Source: an uncultured Actinomycetota bacterium (lineage in GTDB: Bacteria > Actinomycetota > Actinomycetes > Mycobacteriales > Micromonosporaceae). From it: a stretch of 64,000 nt of DNA. Made by a program: the position numbers and the translations under genes. The stretch spans positions 133,804-197,803 of the forward strand of contig CAWDLX010000013.1 in the NCBI GenBank assembly GCA_963803345.1, written 5' to 3'. Shown here in pieces: positions 10,201 to 20,659 of the stretch; the stretch's first letter is position 1; each line of letters starts with the position of its first letter. The notes below the pieces were generated by a model, which was not told where the DNA came from, ran no database searches, and saw only the letters and a list, made by a program, of their open reading frames with translations.

Positions 10201-10400
10201 GCTGTTCTTCGTCGGGCTGACCCGTGCCCAGAGCCGGCTGTTCCTGTCGTACACGACCCAGCGCACCCGGCACGGAGCGCCCGCGCCAGCCGGCCCGGAC
10301 ACCATTCCTGGACGCGGTCGACCCCGGCCTTCTGGAGCGCCTGGGCCCCCCCTCGGACGCCCCCGTCCTCCCGCGCCACCGCCAGCTTCGTCTGCTCTGA
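7237..10400 (+). pseudogene. PHP-domain (TIGR00375/EndoQ-like) nuclease fused to UvrD/REP-type SF1 helicase, many frameshifts
   Basis: N-terminal module in ORF 7237-8856: WIADLHIHSKFSRACS, PAHIWTPWFS, NSDAHS and the Cys4 finger CGVCW...CPECGKPLTIGVQHRVEELADRP. Helicase motifs then appear in shifting frames: VVAGPGTGKTRTL (ORF 8693-9265), VFVDEYQDV...YAIGDPDQAIYSFRGA (9169-9927), RLTRNYRSSAP (9383-10075), AEAEWVARTIDELV (9543-9989), LTLHASKGLEWPVVFIIG (9964-10464), then EERRLFFVGLTRAQSRLFLSY. Stop TGA 10398-10400. At least 8 frame slips. Confidence 0.75.
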
Positions 10401-10576
10401 CGCGAAACTGGCCAAAGCTGACGATGTTGCCGGGTTGGCTGGTCGCGCTACCGTTTCCGCGTAGCTGCCCGGGCTGTCGGGTAGGTGCATGAAACGGTGG
10501 CCGCGCCCCGGGTAACCGCTAGCGTCTACCCGCGGTGGGGTTGGCTGGCCGAGCGGGCCGGAAGCCAGGAGGAGAG

Positions 10577-11215
10577 ATGTCGACGCAGCAGCCACCGGGG
10601 CGGGGGTCAGACGACGACCCGGCGTACGCGCAGCCGCAGGACCCGTGGATCGGCTACGACCACGGGTCTCGCCTCGATGCCGACCGATCCGATCCCTCAG
10701 GGGCAGCCGTACAACCCTGAGTCCGATGTCTGGTCCAGCGCGACCGTGCAGCACGGCGGTCCGCAGCCGTTCCCGGTCCCGCCGCCGCGGCCCCGACGAA
10801 CAGCCCTCGTCATCTCCATCGTGGTCCTGGTCGTGCTCGCGCTCGGGGGCGGCGGCGCCTATGCGGCCTACCGGTACTTCGCTAACCACCGCTCGGCACC
10901 GCCACGGCGACGACCCCGCCGACCACCACCGACATCCGCGGCCAGTTCCCCTACACGGTCAAGGTCGGCGATTGCCTGGTCAACATGGGTACCGGGAGAA
11001 GCCCAAGATGGCGCTTCCCCGTGCGCCACGCCGCCGGCTCGTACACGGTCGTGAAGATCGCGTCGGGGGCGGGCATTCCGGTCGGTCCGAGGGACACCTT
11101 CGACACCGACACCACCAGTGCCGCGGTGTGCAAAGGGATCAAGTTCGACACCTGGTACGGCTACCAGGTCGACGATCCCGCGCTGAACCTGTTCTTCTGC
11201 ATGACCAACAACTGA
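10577..11215 (+). pseudogene. Pro-rich single-pass membrane protein (hypothetical), frameshifted
   Basis: RBS GGAGGAG precedes ATG 10577: MSTQQPPGRGSDDDPAYAQPQDPW (ORF 10535-10720). TM helix ALVISIVVLVVLALGGGGAYAAY (ORF 10485-11054). C-terminal domain ...[57 protein letters not shown] (ORF 10985-11215). No family recognised. Confidence 0.5.
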
Positions 11216-11227
11216 GGGCGCCCGGGA

Positions 11228-11605
11228 TCAGGGCGAGTTCACCCACTCGTCGGTGCCGTCGGCGAAGAGCTGGTGCTTCCAGACGGGGAGCCGTGCCTTG
11301 ACCTCGTCGACGAGGCGGGCGCAGAGGGCGAACGCCTCGGCCCGGTGCGCGGTCGACACGGCGGCGGCCAGGGCCACATCGCCGACGGCCAGCTCGCCGA
11401 TCCGGTGCGACACGGCCAGAGCGCGGACAACCGGGTCCTTGGCGATCTCGGCCGCGACCTCGGCCAGGACGGCGGCGGCGTCGGGTGGGCCTCGTAGATC
11501 AAGCCGGAGCACACCACGGCCGCTGTCGTGGTCGCGGACGACACCGGCGAATGACACGACCGCCCCGGCAGTGGGGTCGGCCACCGCCGCCTCGTGCTCG
11601 GTCAC
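11228..11605 (-). CDS. moaE: molybdopterin synthase catalytic subunit MoaE
   Basis: Open 125-aa ORF with a GTG start: VVSFAGVVRDHD...ALAVSHRIGELAVGDVALAAAVSTAHRAEAFALCARLVDEVKARLPVWKHQLFADG. A patch at about 11480-11520 reads LRLDLRGPP in frame, but the conserved GLIYEAHP appears one frame over. That implies two compensating indels. Confidence 0.85.
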   Translation of the reverse strand: MTEHEAAVADPTAGAVVSFAGVVRDHDSGRGVLRLDLRGPPDAAAVLAEVAAEIAKDPVVRALAVSHRIGELAVGDVALAAAVSTAHRAEAFALCARLVDEVKARLPVWKHQLFADGTDEWVNSP

Positions 11606-11642
11606 ATCCAGCGGGGTGTCGGTGACGCGCGGTGCGCAGCGA

Positions 11643-12877
11643 TCATGGTCGTTCTCCGGTCAGCAGGGGCAGCGGTACGAACGGCACAGCGGAGCCGGCC
11701 TCGCCGGTGTGCCCGGGGGCGATCACGGCGAAGCCGTCGGCCCGGACCAGACCACGCAGCATGGCCGAGCCGGAGTGGGCCAACGGGTGGGCGAGGCCGG
11801 AGGCCTCGATCCGCACCAGCGCCAGGTGGGTCTGGTCCCCCCGCCCGGGGATCGGTCTCGCCGAGAGTCACCTCGCTCATCGCCGGCGCGGCCCGACCCG
11901 TCAGTCCGGCCAGCAACGGCACCACGAGGGACACGAGGGCCACGATGGCCGACTGCGGGTTGCCAGGTAGCCCGGCCACGAAAGCGGTACGCCCGCCGGG
12001 ACCCGCTCCGGGTACCTCGGCCAGCAGCATCGGGAAGCCCGGGCGGACCGCGACCGTATCGGCGATGTAGCGGGCGCCGAGTTCGGCCAGGGCCGGGTGC
12101 AGGTGGTCGACCGGCCCGTGCATCGTGCCACCGGTCGTGCAGACGAGGTCGGACACGGCCAGGGCAGCCTGGATCGCCGCTACGTGCGCTTCGAGGGTGT
12201 CCTCGACCGGACCCCGCGGGGCGAATCCCGGTACCGTCGCCGCACCGTAGCGCCGCAGCCATCCGGGCACCTGCGGTCCGAGCGAGTCGCGCACCCGGCC
12301 GGCTCCGGGCAGCCCTTCAACGAGCAGCTCGTCGCCGAACACGACCACGGCCGCCCGGATCGCCGGGATGAGACGCAGGGTCTGATAGCCGCAGGTGGCG
12401 GCGATGCCGACGACGCCCGGCGTGACCGGGGTGCCGGCCGCCAGCAGCTCGTCGCCGCGCGGCCGCCTCGTCGCCGGCGTCGCGCCACTCCCGTACCGGC
12501 CGGCCGGGACCGTTGACCAGCCCGTCAGCTTCCACAGTGGACTCTTCGGTGCGGATGATCTGCTCGGTGCCGTCGGGGACCATCGCGCCGGTGGCGATCT
12601 CTACGCACTCGCCGTCGACCGACGCGGGTGGCGACCTCACCGGCCAGCACCCGACCGGTCAACCGCCACGGGCCGGCGCCGCGGGTGGCGTAACCGTCCA
12701 CACTGGACGTTGGAAAGGCCGGGAGGTCGGTCAGCGTGATGAGCGGGTCGGCCAGGGTCAGGCCGTCGGCCTCGGCCAGAACCACGTCGACCGGGGCCGG
12801 CATGGCGGCGCGGCCGGCGGCGTAGGCGGCGGCCCGGGCGGCGCCCCAGGACGCGGTTTCGAGTCGGTCGACGTCAT
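11643..12877 (-). pseudogene. moeA: molybdopterin molybdotransferase MoeA, frameshifted
   Basis: ATG at comp. 12875-12877. Pieces: AMPAPVDVVLAEADGLTLADPLITLTDLPAFPTSSVDGYATRG (ORF 12525-12803); GECVEIATGAMVPDGTEQIIRTEE (ORF 12317-12640); VVFGDELLVEGLPGAGRVRDS...TTGGTMHGPVDH...VAVRPGFPMLLA...AGLPGNPQSAIVALVSLVVPLL (ORF 11602-12348). C-terminus HLALVRIEASGLAHPLAHSGSAMLRGLVRADGFAVIAPG...LLTGERP* ends at TGA comp. 11643-11645. At least 4 slips. Confidence 0.8.
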
Positions 12878-12896
12878 CTGAACCTTTCCGTGTGGG

Positions 12897-13368
12897 TCAG
12901 CGGTGGTCGCCGCCGTGGAGCTGGTCGACCGCGTGGGCCAGGATCGGGCCGAGCACCGCCAGCCCGTCCCGGGCGCCGCCGGTCGACCCGGGCAGGTTGA
13001 CCACCAGGGTGCTCGCCCGGCACGCCGGCCACGCCCGCGGGACAGGGCGAGGCCGGCACCCGGTCGCGGGAGTAGGCGCGGACCGCCTCGGCGATGCCCG
13101 GGATCTCGTAGTCGAGCAGGGCGCGGGTCACGTCCGGGGTCCGGTCGGTCGGCGTGATACCGGTGCCACCGCTGGTGATGACGGCGTCGACGCCGTCGGC
13201 GACGGCCGCCCGCAGCGCCTCGCCGACCGGGTCGCCGTCGGGCACGACCACCGGCTCGTCCACGTCGAAGCCGAGCTGCCGCAGGCCGGCGACCAGGATC
13301 GGGCCACTCGTGTCGGCGTAAACGCCGGCCCAGGCCCGGTTGGAGGCGACGATGACGCGCGCCCTCAT
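12897..13368 (-). pseudogene. MogA/MoaB family molybdenum cofactor biosynthesis protein, one frameshift
   Basis: ORF 12874-13383: MRARVIVASNRAWAGVYADTSGPILVAGL...AVITSGGTGITPTDRTPDVTRALLDYEIPGIAEAVR. It slips near 13030 into ...LSRGVAGVAGSTLVVNLPGSTGGARDGLAVLGPILAHAVDQLHGGDHR* (stop comp. 12897-12899). The start overlaps the moaC stop (ATGA, 13365-13368). Confidence 0.8.
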
Positions 13369-13865
13369 GACGGTCGCTCCCACACGCCGGTCTTGCCGCC
13401 TTCCTTACGCAGCACCCGGACGCCGTCGATGCTCGCCGCCGGATCGACCGCCTTGACCATATCGATGACCGCCAGTCCGGCCGTGGCCACCGCGGTGAGC
13501 GCCTCCATCTCGACCCCCGTACGGTCGGCCGTGCGCACGGTCGCGGTGATCTCGACCGATGCGTCGCCGAGTGCGAGCTCGACCTCGACACCGTGCATCG
13601 CGATCGGGTGGCACAGCGGGACCAGGTCGGGCGTCCGCTTGGCGCCCATGATGCCGGCGATCCGGGCCACCGCCAGCGCGTCGCCCTTGGGCAGCGCGTC
13701 CGGCGCAGCAGCGAGATCACCTCGCGCGGTGGTCCGGACGTACCGGCGGCCACGGCCCGCCGTACGGTCACGTCCTTGCCCGGCCACGTCGACCATGCGG
13801 GCGGCGCCCGACGAGTCGACATGGGTGAGCCCGGGGTGTGTGAGCTCTGGGCCGTCTGCGTCCAC
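13365..13865 (-). pseudogene. moaC: cyclic pyranopterin monophosphate synthase MoaC, frameshifted
   Basis: C-terminal two thirds of ORF 13365-14189: KGDALAVARIAGIMGAKRTPDLVPLCHPIAMHGVEVEL...VRTADRTGVEMEALTAVATAGLAVIDMVKAVD...VLRKEGGKTGVW. The N-terminal part (LTHVDSSGAARMVDVAGK / DVTVRRAVAAG) alternates between two frames around 13690-13800. Proposed GTG start at comp. 13863-13865. Confidence 0.8.
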
Positions 13866-14233
13866 GGCCCGAGGGTACGCCGAGGTCGGGCCGGGCCGCG
13901 CCGCGTGTCCCGGCACGCGCGTGACTGAGCGACCACTGTCCGCTGTGGTCGGTGGTGCGCCCGCGGCGTAGCGTTTGTCGCCCGTTCTGTGAATCCCGTT
14001 CCAGACCCGTTCTCCCACGCAGGCCCCGGGGGGAGGTGGATCCTGTGGAGGAGTGGCTGTAGCAGAGGCAGGCGGGCAGTTCTGTCGTGACGGTCCTGTC
14101 CCAGCCTTGATGAACCGGCATCCGTGCCGGTCTGTCCGATCGCCCGTTGGCCGCCTACCCTGACAACGGGCGCGTTGCGGCGTGCCCACGCGTCGATGGC
14201 GTTCGACGCTGGCGGCCCGGCGGAAGGCGACAT

Positions 14234-16845
14234 GTGAGGGAACGGGCCCTGCGATGGGTCGTGGGCTGCGTTGTCGCGCTCGCGGGGCTGGTCAGTGGCG
14301 GCGTCCTGGTGCTGCGCCACGACAACCTCGGCGCGACGACAGCCTGGCTGCTCCCGGCACTGACCGGTCTGGTCGCGGTGGCCAGTTCAGCCGTGGTCCG
14401 GGTCCGGCTCCGCTCGGCTGTCATCGGTACGACCTGGACCGATGCCGCCATCCTCATCTGCGTCGTATCCCTCCCGCCGGCCTGGGTGCCGCTCTGCGTC
14501 GGTGCGGGCGTGTTGGTCGCCAAGCTCTTCATGCGGGTCGCCCCGATCAAGGCCGCCTACAACGCGGCCAAGGACGCCCTGGCCGCCTCGGCGGCCCTGC
14601 GGTGGCGCTGCCGTTGGGCGTGGCCTGGGCGCCGCACCCGCTGTCCCACCCCTGGCAGCTCTTCGCGGTCGACACTGGCAGCCGGCATCACCGAGACCGT
14701 GATCGGCGTGCCGGTCCTGGCCCTGGCGACGGGAATGCGGTGGAAGCACGTGCTGTGCAACGGGGGGTTGACCAAGGTGGCCGGCTTCCTCGGCAAGTTC
14801 GCCGTAGCCGTACTCGCACTCCGGCTCATCAGCGTGAACGTGCGGTTGCTCGCGGTCATGCCCTCGGTCGTCCTGTGCCTGCATCTGCTGTACGCGAGCC
14901 GGCTGCGGGCCCAGGCCGAGCGGGCGGCCTGGCAGCGCCTGGCCGCCGCAACGGACGAGCTCAACAGCACCGACCTGGACACCGTGCTGGCCACGGGCCG
15001 TCGTCAACGCGGCCACCCTGTTCGAGGCGGACGAGGTCGAGGTGTTCGTCCGGGACGAGCCGGGCGGCCCGACGCTGGTCCGAGGCGACGCCGACGGGGC
15101 CGCCTGGCGCGGCAACCCGGGCGCGGCCCCGCCGCCGACTTCGGCGGCGAGAGCGTGACCGTGCGCGCTGGTCGGCCAGGACGGCACGCCCGACCTCGGC
15201 GAGCTGCGGTTGAACTTCGCCGGCCGGGTGAAGCTGACCGACCGCGAGCGGCTGACTCTGCGTACGTTTGTCGCGGCCCTGCGTACCGCCGTCCGCAACG
15301 CCGCCGCGTTCGCCGAGACCCGCCGGCTTGGCCGAGCGTAACGCCGCACGCCGCCCTGCATGATCCGTTGACCGGGCTGGCGCAACCGGCGCCAACTGCC
15401 GAGACGGGACGAGAAGCTGCTCGGGCGCGACCCGGCGTGACCGCGCTGATCGTCGCTCGACCTCGACATGTTCCGCGAGGTCAACGAGACGCTCGGGCAC
15501 CTCGCCGGCGACCGGCTGCTGGTCGAGGTGGCGCGGCGGCTGGCCCGGGGCGGCGGTGACGACGACTGGTCGCCCGCTCGGCGGGGACGAGTTCGCGGCG
15601 CTGCTACGTCGGCCTGCCGTCAGCCAGCGCGGCCGAGCAGCGGGCCCGCGAGCTGCTGGCCACCCTCGACGCGCCGATCGACCTGAACGAGATGCGCGTG
15701 CGGGTGGAGGCGAGCGCCGGCGTCGCGGTCGTCGAGGAGCCGGTCAACCGACCCGCAGGCGACCCGACGCTGCAGGAGGCCGGCATGGTCGAGCTGCTGC
15801 GCCGGGCCGACGTGGCGATGTACCAGGCCAAGCGCGGCGGGCCGCAGATCGTGCGGTACGACCCGAGCCCACGACAAGGCCGACGTCGCCCAACTGATGC
15901 TCGGCGGTGACCTGCCCCGGGCGGTCGCTGAGCGCGAGTTCACCGTGCTCTTCCAGCCGATCGTGGATCTCGCCAGCGGGCAGATGATCGCGGCCGAGGC
16001 GCTGGCCCGCTGGCACCATCCGGCCCGGGGCGATCTCGATCCGCGGCGGTTCCTGGCCGCCGTCGAGCGGTCCGGACTGCTGCCGGCGTTCGCCGAGGCG
16101 GTCCTCGACCAGGCGCTGGCCACGATGATGTGCTGGCGGGAGCTCGGCCTGGACGGCGCCGGTGGCGGTGAACGCCTCGCCCCGCAGCCTGCTCGACCCG
16201 ACTTTCCCGCGCATGGTGCGCCGACCGGCTGGCCGCGTCCGGCGCGCGCAGCGACCGACCTGGTCATCGAACTGACCGAGTCGCTCACCCTGGGCCAGGT
16301 CGAGCTGGTCGGCGGGGTGCTGCGGGAGCTGCGCGACTCCGGGCTGCGGCTGGCCCTGGACGACTTCGGCACCGGCTCTCGTCGCTGTCGATGCTGGCCA
16401 AGGTCCGGGTGCACGAGCTGAAGATCGACCGCAGCTTCGTCGCGGCGATGGGCAGACCTCCCCGGAGGCGGCCGCCGTGGTCCGCTCGACCATCGAGCTT
16501 GGCCGCAGCCTCGGCCTGCTGGTCGTGGCCGAGGGCGTCGAGCGGGAGGAGCAGCGCCGCACGCTGTGGGAGCTGGGCTGCCCGGCCGGTCAGGGCCACC
16601 TGTTCGCCCGCGGCGTGCCGGCGCGGACGCTGCTGGACCTGGTCGGATACCGGCGTCGACGGCACGCCCGGTCGGCTTGTGCGCGCCGATTCACGGCTCG
16701 GCGCGCCAACGTGATCGACCTGCCCCGACCCCGCCGCGCCGGCATCGCTGACCGCGGCCGCCGGACGCATCGGGCTCGACGACCTCGACTGACGGAGCGA
16801 CGAGGACCGGGCGGCGGGCGTTGGCCGAGTCCGCGCGATCGGTAG
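14234..16845 (+). pseudogene. membrane-bound GGDEF/EAL (c-di-GMP turnover) protein, heavily frameshifted
   Basis: N-terminal multi-TM region in ORF 14147-15559. GGDEF domain pieces: HDPLTGLA, DLDMFREVNETLGHLAGDRLLVEVARRL, RPLGGDEFAALL, ADVAMYQAKRGG. EAL domain: FTVLFQPIVDLASGQMIAAEALARWHHP, LVIELTES and LALDDFGTG (ORF 15897-16421), then VVRSTIELGRSLGLLVVAEGVEREEQ...GCPAGQGHLFARG (ORF 16477-16845). About 10 frame changes are needed. The 3' end is uncertain (16714-16845). Confidence 0.75.
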
Positions 16846-16876
16846 GGTGCGCCGATGCGCGCTGAAGGAGGAACCG

Positions 16877-17945
16877 GTGACCGACGACGCTGCCCACGCC
16901 GAGCCGAGGCGGCGCTGCTCGACGACCCGGCGACGGCCGACCTGGCGGCCAAGGTGACCGAGTCGTGGAACGACTTCAGCGCCGCCCTGGGCAAGGCGCT
17001 GGCCGAACTGCCCGCGGGGACCCGGCTGGAGGTGACCGTCGACCAGGCCGCGCTCGAGGGCGGGCTGCCGGTGTACGAGGTGAGCGCCGAGCGCGCCGAC
17101 GGCGGCGAGTTGACCGCGTACGCCGTGGGCAACACCATGCTGCCCGAGGCCCACCGGCTGCCCCGGGACGCCGTGGGCCAACTGGTCGCGCTCGGCTGGT
17201 CGCCGCCGGGTGCCGGGCCCCAGCGCGACGAGCGGTATCGCCTCACGCTCCCGCAGGCCAGGCGGGCCGACTCGGCCGCCGTGCTGACCCGGACCCTGCG
17301 CGACGTCTACGGCGCGCCGCATCCGGCGTTCCTGATGTACACGATGGAGTCGACCAACGCCTCGGGGCCGTCGGTGCTGCCGCCGCTCGGAGCGGCTCGG
17401 CCGATTGTGGCGACGACGACGACTCTGCTCTGCCGAGCCAGGCCGAGCTGGCCGTCCTGCCGTTGCCGGATCAGGTCGCCACCGTGCTCGCGGCGATCCT
17501 CAAGACGACGCCGGAGAGCCTGCCGGTCGACAACGACGGTGATTTCGGCATCCGGTCGGGCTCGGCGATGGTGTTCGTCCGGGTCCGCGACGATCCGCCA
17601 CTGATCGATGTGTTCTCGCCGGTGCTGACCGACGTGGCCCCGACGGCAGCAGCTGTTCGCCCGAAGCTCTCGGAGCTGACCGCTCGGCTGCCTATCGGGC
17701 GGCTCTACTGCGCCAACAACACGGTGTGGGCGTCGGTGCCGGTGATCGGGCGCAACTTCCAGGCCACCCACCTGATGCTGGCCGTCCAGGTGATGACGGG
17801 ACTGGCCGACGAACTCGACGACCGGCTGCACGGCGAGTTCGGCGGCAAGCGGTTCTTCGTCGAGGCGGACCGGGCCGACCGAGACTGCCGCCAGGAGGAG
17901 AGGAGGCGGTGGGAGACGGCGACGGCCACACCGGCCTGTACCTAA
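16877..17945 (+). pseudogene. YbjN / T3SS-chaperone-like (TY-Chap) domain protein, frameshifted
   Basis: RBS GAAGGAGG then GTG 16877 (VTDDAAHAEP). ORF 16855-17604 follows (AALLDDPATADLAAKVTESWNDFSAALGKALAELPAGTRLEVTVD...). ORF 16965-17945 then carries VATVLAAILKTTPESLPVDNDGDFGIRSGSAMVFVRVRDDPPLIDVFSPVLTDV...GRLYCANNTVWASVPVIGRNFQATHLMLAVQVMTGLADELDDRL. Slips are near 16910 and 17400. The alternative start ATG 16855 cannot be excluded. Confidence 0.6.
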
Positions 17946-17950
17946 TAGGG

Positions 17951-20119
17951 TCAGCCAGCGGGATCCAGCTGGTCTGCTGGAGGGTGCACAGGTCGGAGGC
18001 CATCAGCCCGCCGTCCGAAATTGTCCACAGTGTACTGTTGATGACCAGGGAGCGCCGGATCGGGTAGGAGTACCCCTGTCCGGTGTCCGGTTGGGCGATG
18101 AAGCCGACCTGGGCGAGGTGGCTGCCCTCGATCCGGAGCACCAGGGCACCCGCCGCCCGGCGTCCCGGTCGGTCGTGATCCGGCCGGCCATGGTGGTCAG
18201 GTTCATCGGCACGACCAGCAGCCCGGTGGCCGGCCAGTACAGGAAGGCGTGCGGATCGAACTCGGCCTCCGAGTTACCTCCGGGAAGGGTGTACACCGCA
18301 AGCCGGGTCGGATTGTCCAGATTGGACACGTTGAACAGGGACACCTGGGTACCGGTGGCCTGGACGTTGCCGTTGACATCCTGCCCGATCCCGATGAGCC
18401 GACCGTCACCGACCGGGTGCAGGTAGGACGAGTAGCCGGAGATCTTCAATGCCGCCCCGGACCACCGGATCGGGCCGGGTCGCTCAGGTCCACTGTGTAC
18501 AGCGGGTCGGTCTGCTTGAACGTGACCACGTACGCGGTCGCGTCGAGGAACCGGACAGCGTAGATCTTCTCGCCCTTGCCGAGCCCCTCGACCTTGCCCA
18601 CCTGGGTCAGGTTCGACCCGTCGGCACGCAGCACGTAGACGCCGGACTGCGAGGTCACGGCCGAGTTGCTCTCCCAGTTGGAGTTCCCGCTCGTGGTGGC
18701 CACCCGCAGGTACCCGTTGCGGGCCGACATGGCGTACTGGTTGACCAGGAAGCCGGGCACCCCGCCGCCGGCCACGAAGGTCGGCCGGCCCGGCTTGGAG
18801 GTGTCGAACTGGTAGACGGTGGTCCCGTCGACTGGCTTGGCGCCGTTGACGGCCGGGCGCCACCGCTGGTCCGTCGCGACGTAGAGGCTGGACCCGTTGC
18901 TGTAGACGGTCTGGCCGTCAGCCATTATCGAGACCGGTTGCGGGTCGGCCAGCGTGTCGGCCGCGACATCCAGGCTCAGCACGGTCAGCATGTTGGATCC
19001 ACTGTAGACATCGGGTCGACTGATCGCGTCGCAGCCGATCTCGGGATGCGTGGTCGCGCTCCCGGTCGTGACTGCGATGCGCGGCAGCCAGCGATCGAGG
19101 GTGGCCTGGTCGAGAATCTGCCGGTTGACCTTGACGCGTTGGGTGGCGGTGGCGTTCGAGGGGGGGTTCGGGAAGGTGATCCGAGGCGATGAGGTCACGA
19201 CGACCCGGGCGACCGAGCCGGTCTGCCGGGCGTCGAGCACCGACCCGTCGACACTGAGCCGGGACAGCACCCGGCCACCGACCAGGTCGACCAGGATCAA
19301 CCGCGGCCCGACGATGTCGGGAACCGCGTCGGTGGGCCCGCTCGGCTTGGTGGGCACCGCGTCGGGGGCCTGGTTGCCCGGCGGCGCCGGGTCGACATTG
19401 CCTGCCTTCGGCGCGTCGCCCGACACGCCTGCGCCGCTGCCCGAGCCGCCGACGGCACCAACGTCGTCGCCCATCGGCGGGCCGACCGGTACCGGCGTGG
19501 CCGGGCCGACGTACATGCCCCGGTAGCCGCCGTTGACCAGCACCAGCGCGTGGTCGCCCGAGATGAGCAGCTCGGACGCCCCGTACCGGACGATGTCGTC
19601 GGGACGCGAGCCGTCGGTCAGGTCGATCGAGCCGGTCGCGCGCTGGCTGGCCGCGTCGATGATGCGCAGCACCCCGTTGTGGACCACCAGAATGCGGTGT
19701 CCGTCGGTCTTGACCAGGTCGGGCTCGTCGACCGAGGCCTCCTGGTTGTTTGTGCCCGAGTACACCGGTGCCGTCCCGGACTGGTTCGTAGCGCTGGAGC
19801 CGGCCGCGCTGGCGCTGAGGTCCTCGCGTTTCTGCGGCCCCGGAGCGACACCCGGCAGCGCGAGGCCGCCCGCGTCGTCGATCGCGTAGTTGGAGCCGAA
19901 GCCGTACGGGCCCACCGCCTCCTTGGCCGTGGACCGGATCTGGGCGAGCGCGTCGGCGCAGGAGTCGAACGCGACCAGCCGGTACGCCGGTACCGGTCCG
20001 CTGGTCGCCGAGGCGGTGTCGTCGCTGGTGCAGGCGGTCAGCGAGCCCAGCCCGGCGCAGAGCGCCAGCCCGGCCGCGCCCGCGCGCAGGAGCCCGCTGC
20101 GGGGCTTCCGAGGTGTCAT
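17951..20119 (-). pseudogene. beta-propeller domain lipoprotein, frameshifted
   Basis: ORF 18446-20119 has a signal peptide with lipobox (AGLALCAGLGSLTAC), then EPDLVKTDGHRILVVHNGVLRIIDA and a long propeller region. It continues as ISGYSSYLHPVGDGRLIGIGQDVNGNVQATGTQVSLFNVSNLDNPTRLAVYTLPGGNSEAEFDPHAFLYW (ORF 18003-18863). The last piece is LRIEGSHLAQVGFIAQPDTGQGYSYPIRRSLVINSTLWTISDGGLMASDL (ORF 17692-18141). 3' end approximate. Confidence 0.7.
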
Positions 20120-20156
20120 GCGGCTTGGACGTTGATCGCGGCTGGTCCGTTCCGTG

Positions 20157-20630
20157 TCAGGTCAACTGGCCCTCCACCAGCCGAGATAGCACGATCATGC
20201 TGCGGCTGGACGTGACGAACGGCTCCGACCGCAGCCGCTCGAGCACCTTCTCCAGGTGCCGGATGTCCGACGCCCGCAGGTGCACCAGGGCATCGGCCTG
20301 TCCCGACACGGTGTACGCGCCGACTACCTCGGGATGCCGCCGGACCGCCGCCGCGATCTGGGCCGGCGTGGTCCTCCCGGTACAGAACAGCTCGACGAAC
20401 GCCTCGGTCGTCCAACCCACCGCCGCCGGGTCCACGACCGCGGTGAATCCCCGGATCACCCCGGCCGATCGGAGCCGGTCCACCCGCCGCTTCACCGCGG
20501 GCGCCGACAGCGCGACGAGCTGTCCGATGTCCGCGTAGGACGTTCGGGCGTCAGCGGTCAGAGCCACAATGATTCGCTGGTCTGTGTCGTCAAGCTGCAA
20601 CGGATCGCCTCCTGCCCGCAACGAAACCAA
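20157..20630 (-). CDS. Lrp/AsnC family transcriptional regulator
   Basis: Intact 157-aa ORF. HTH: DQRIIVALTADARTSYADIGQLVALSAPAVKRRVDRLRSAGVIRGF. A C-terminal RAM/AsnC_trans_reg domain follows. Confidence 0.9.
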   Translation of the reverse strand: MVSLRAGGDPLQLDDTDQRIIVALTADARTSYADIGQLVALSAPAVKRRVDRLRSAGVIRGFTAVVDPAAVGWTTEAFVELFCTGRTTPAQIAAAVRRHPEVVGAYTVSGQADALVHLRASDIRHLEKVLERLRSEPFVTSSRSMIVLSRLVEGQLT

Positions 20631-20659
20631 CTGTTTCCGGTCGTTGACCCTACCTACCC

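Noticed and set aside
13866-14233. Moco riboswitch or other leader RNA in the 368-bp gap upstream of moaC (divergent from the GGDEF/EAL gene).
   Set aside because: I could not find the conserved Moco-motif elements by eye; only a vague CCTCC...GGGGCCTGCG resemblance. A covariance-model search (Rfam RF01055) would be decisive, so I do not claim it.
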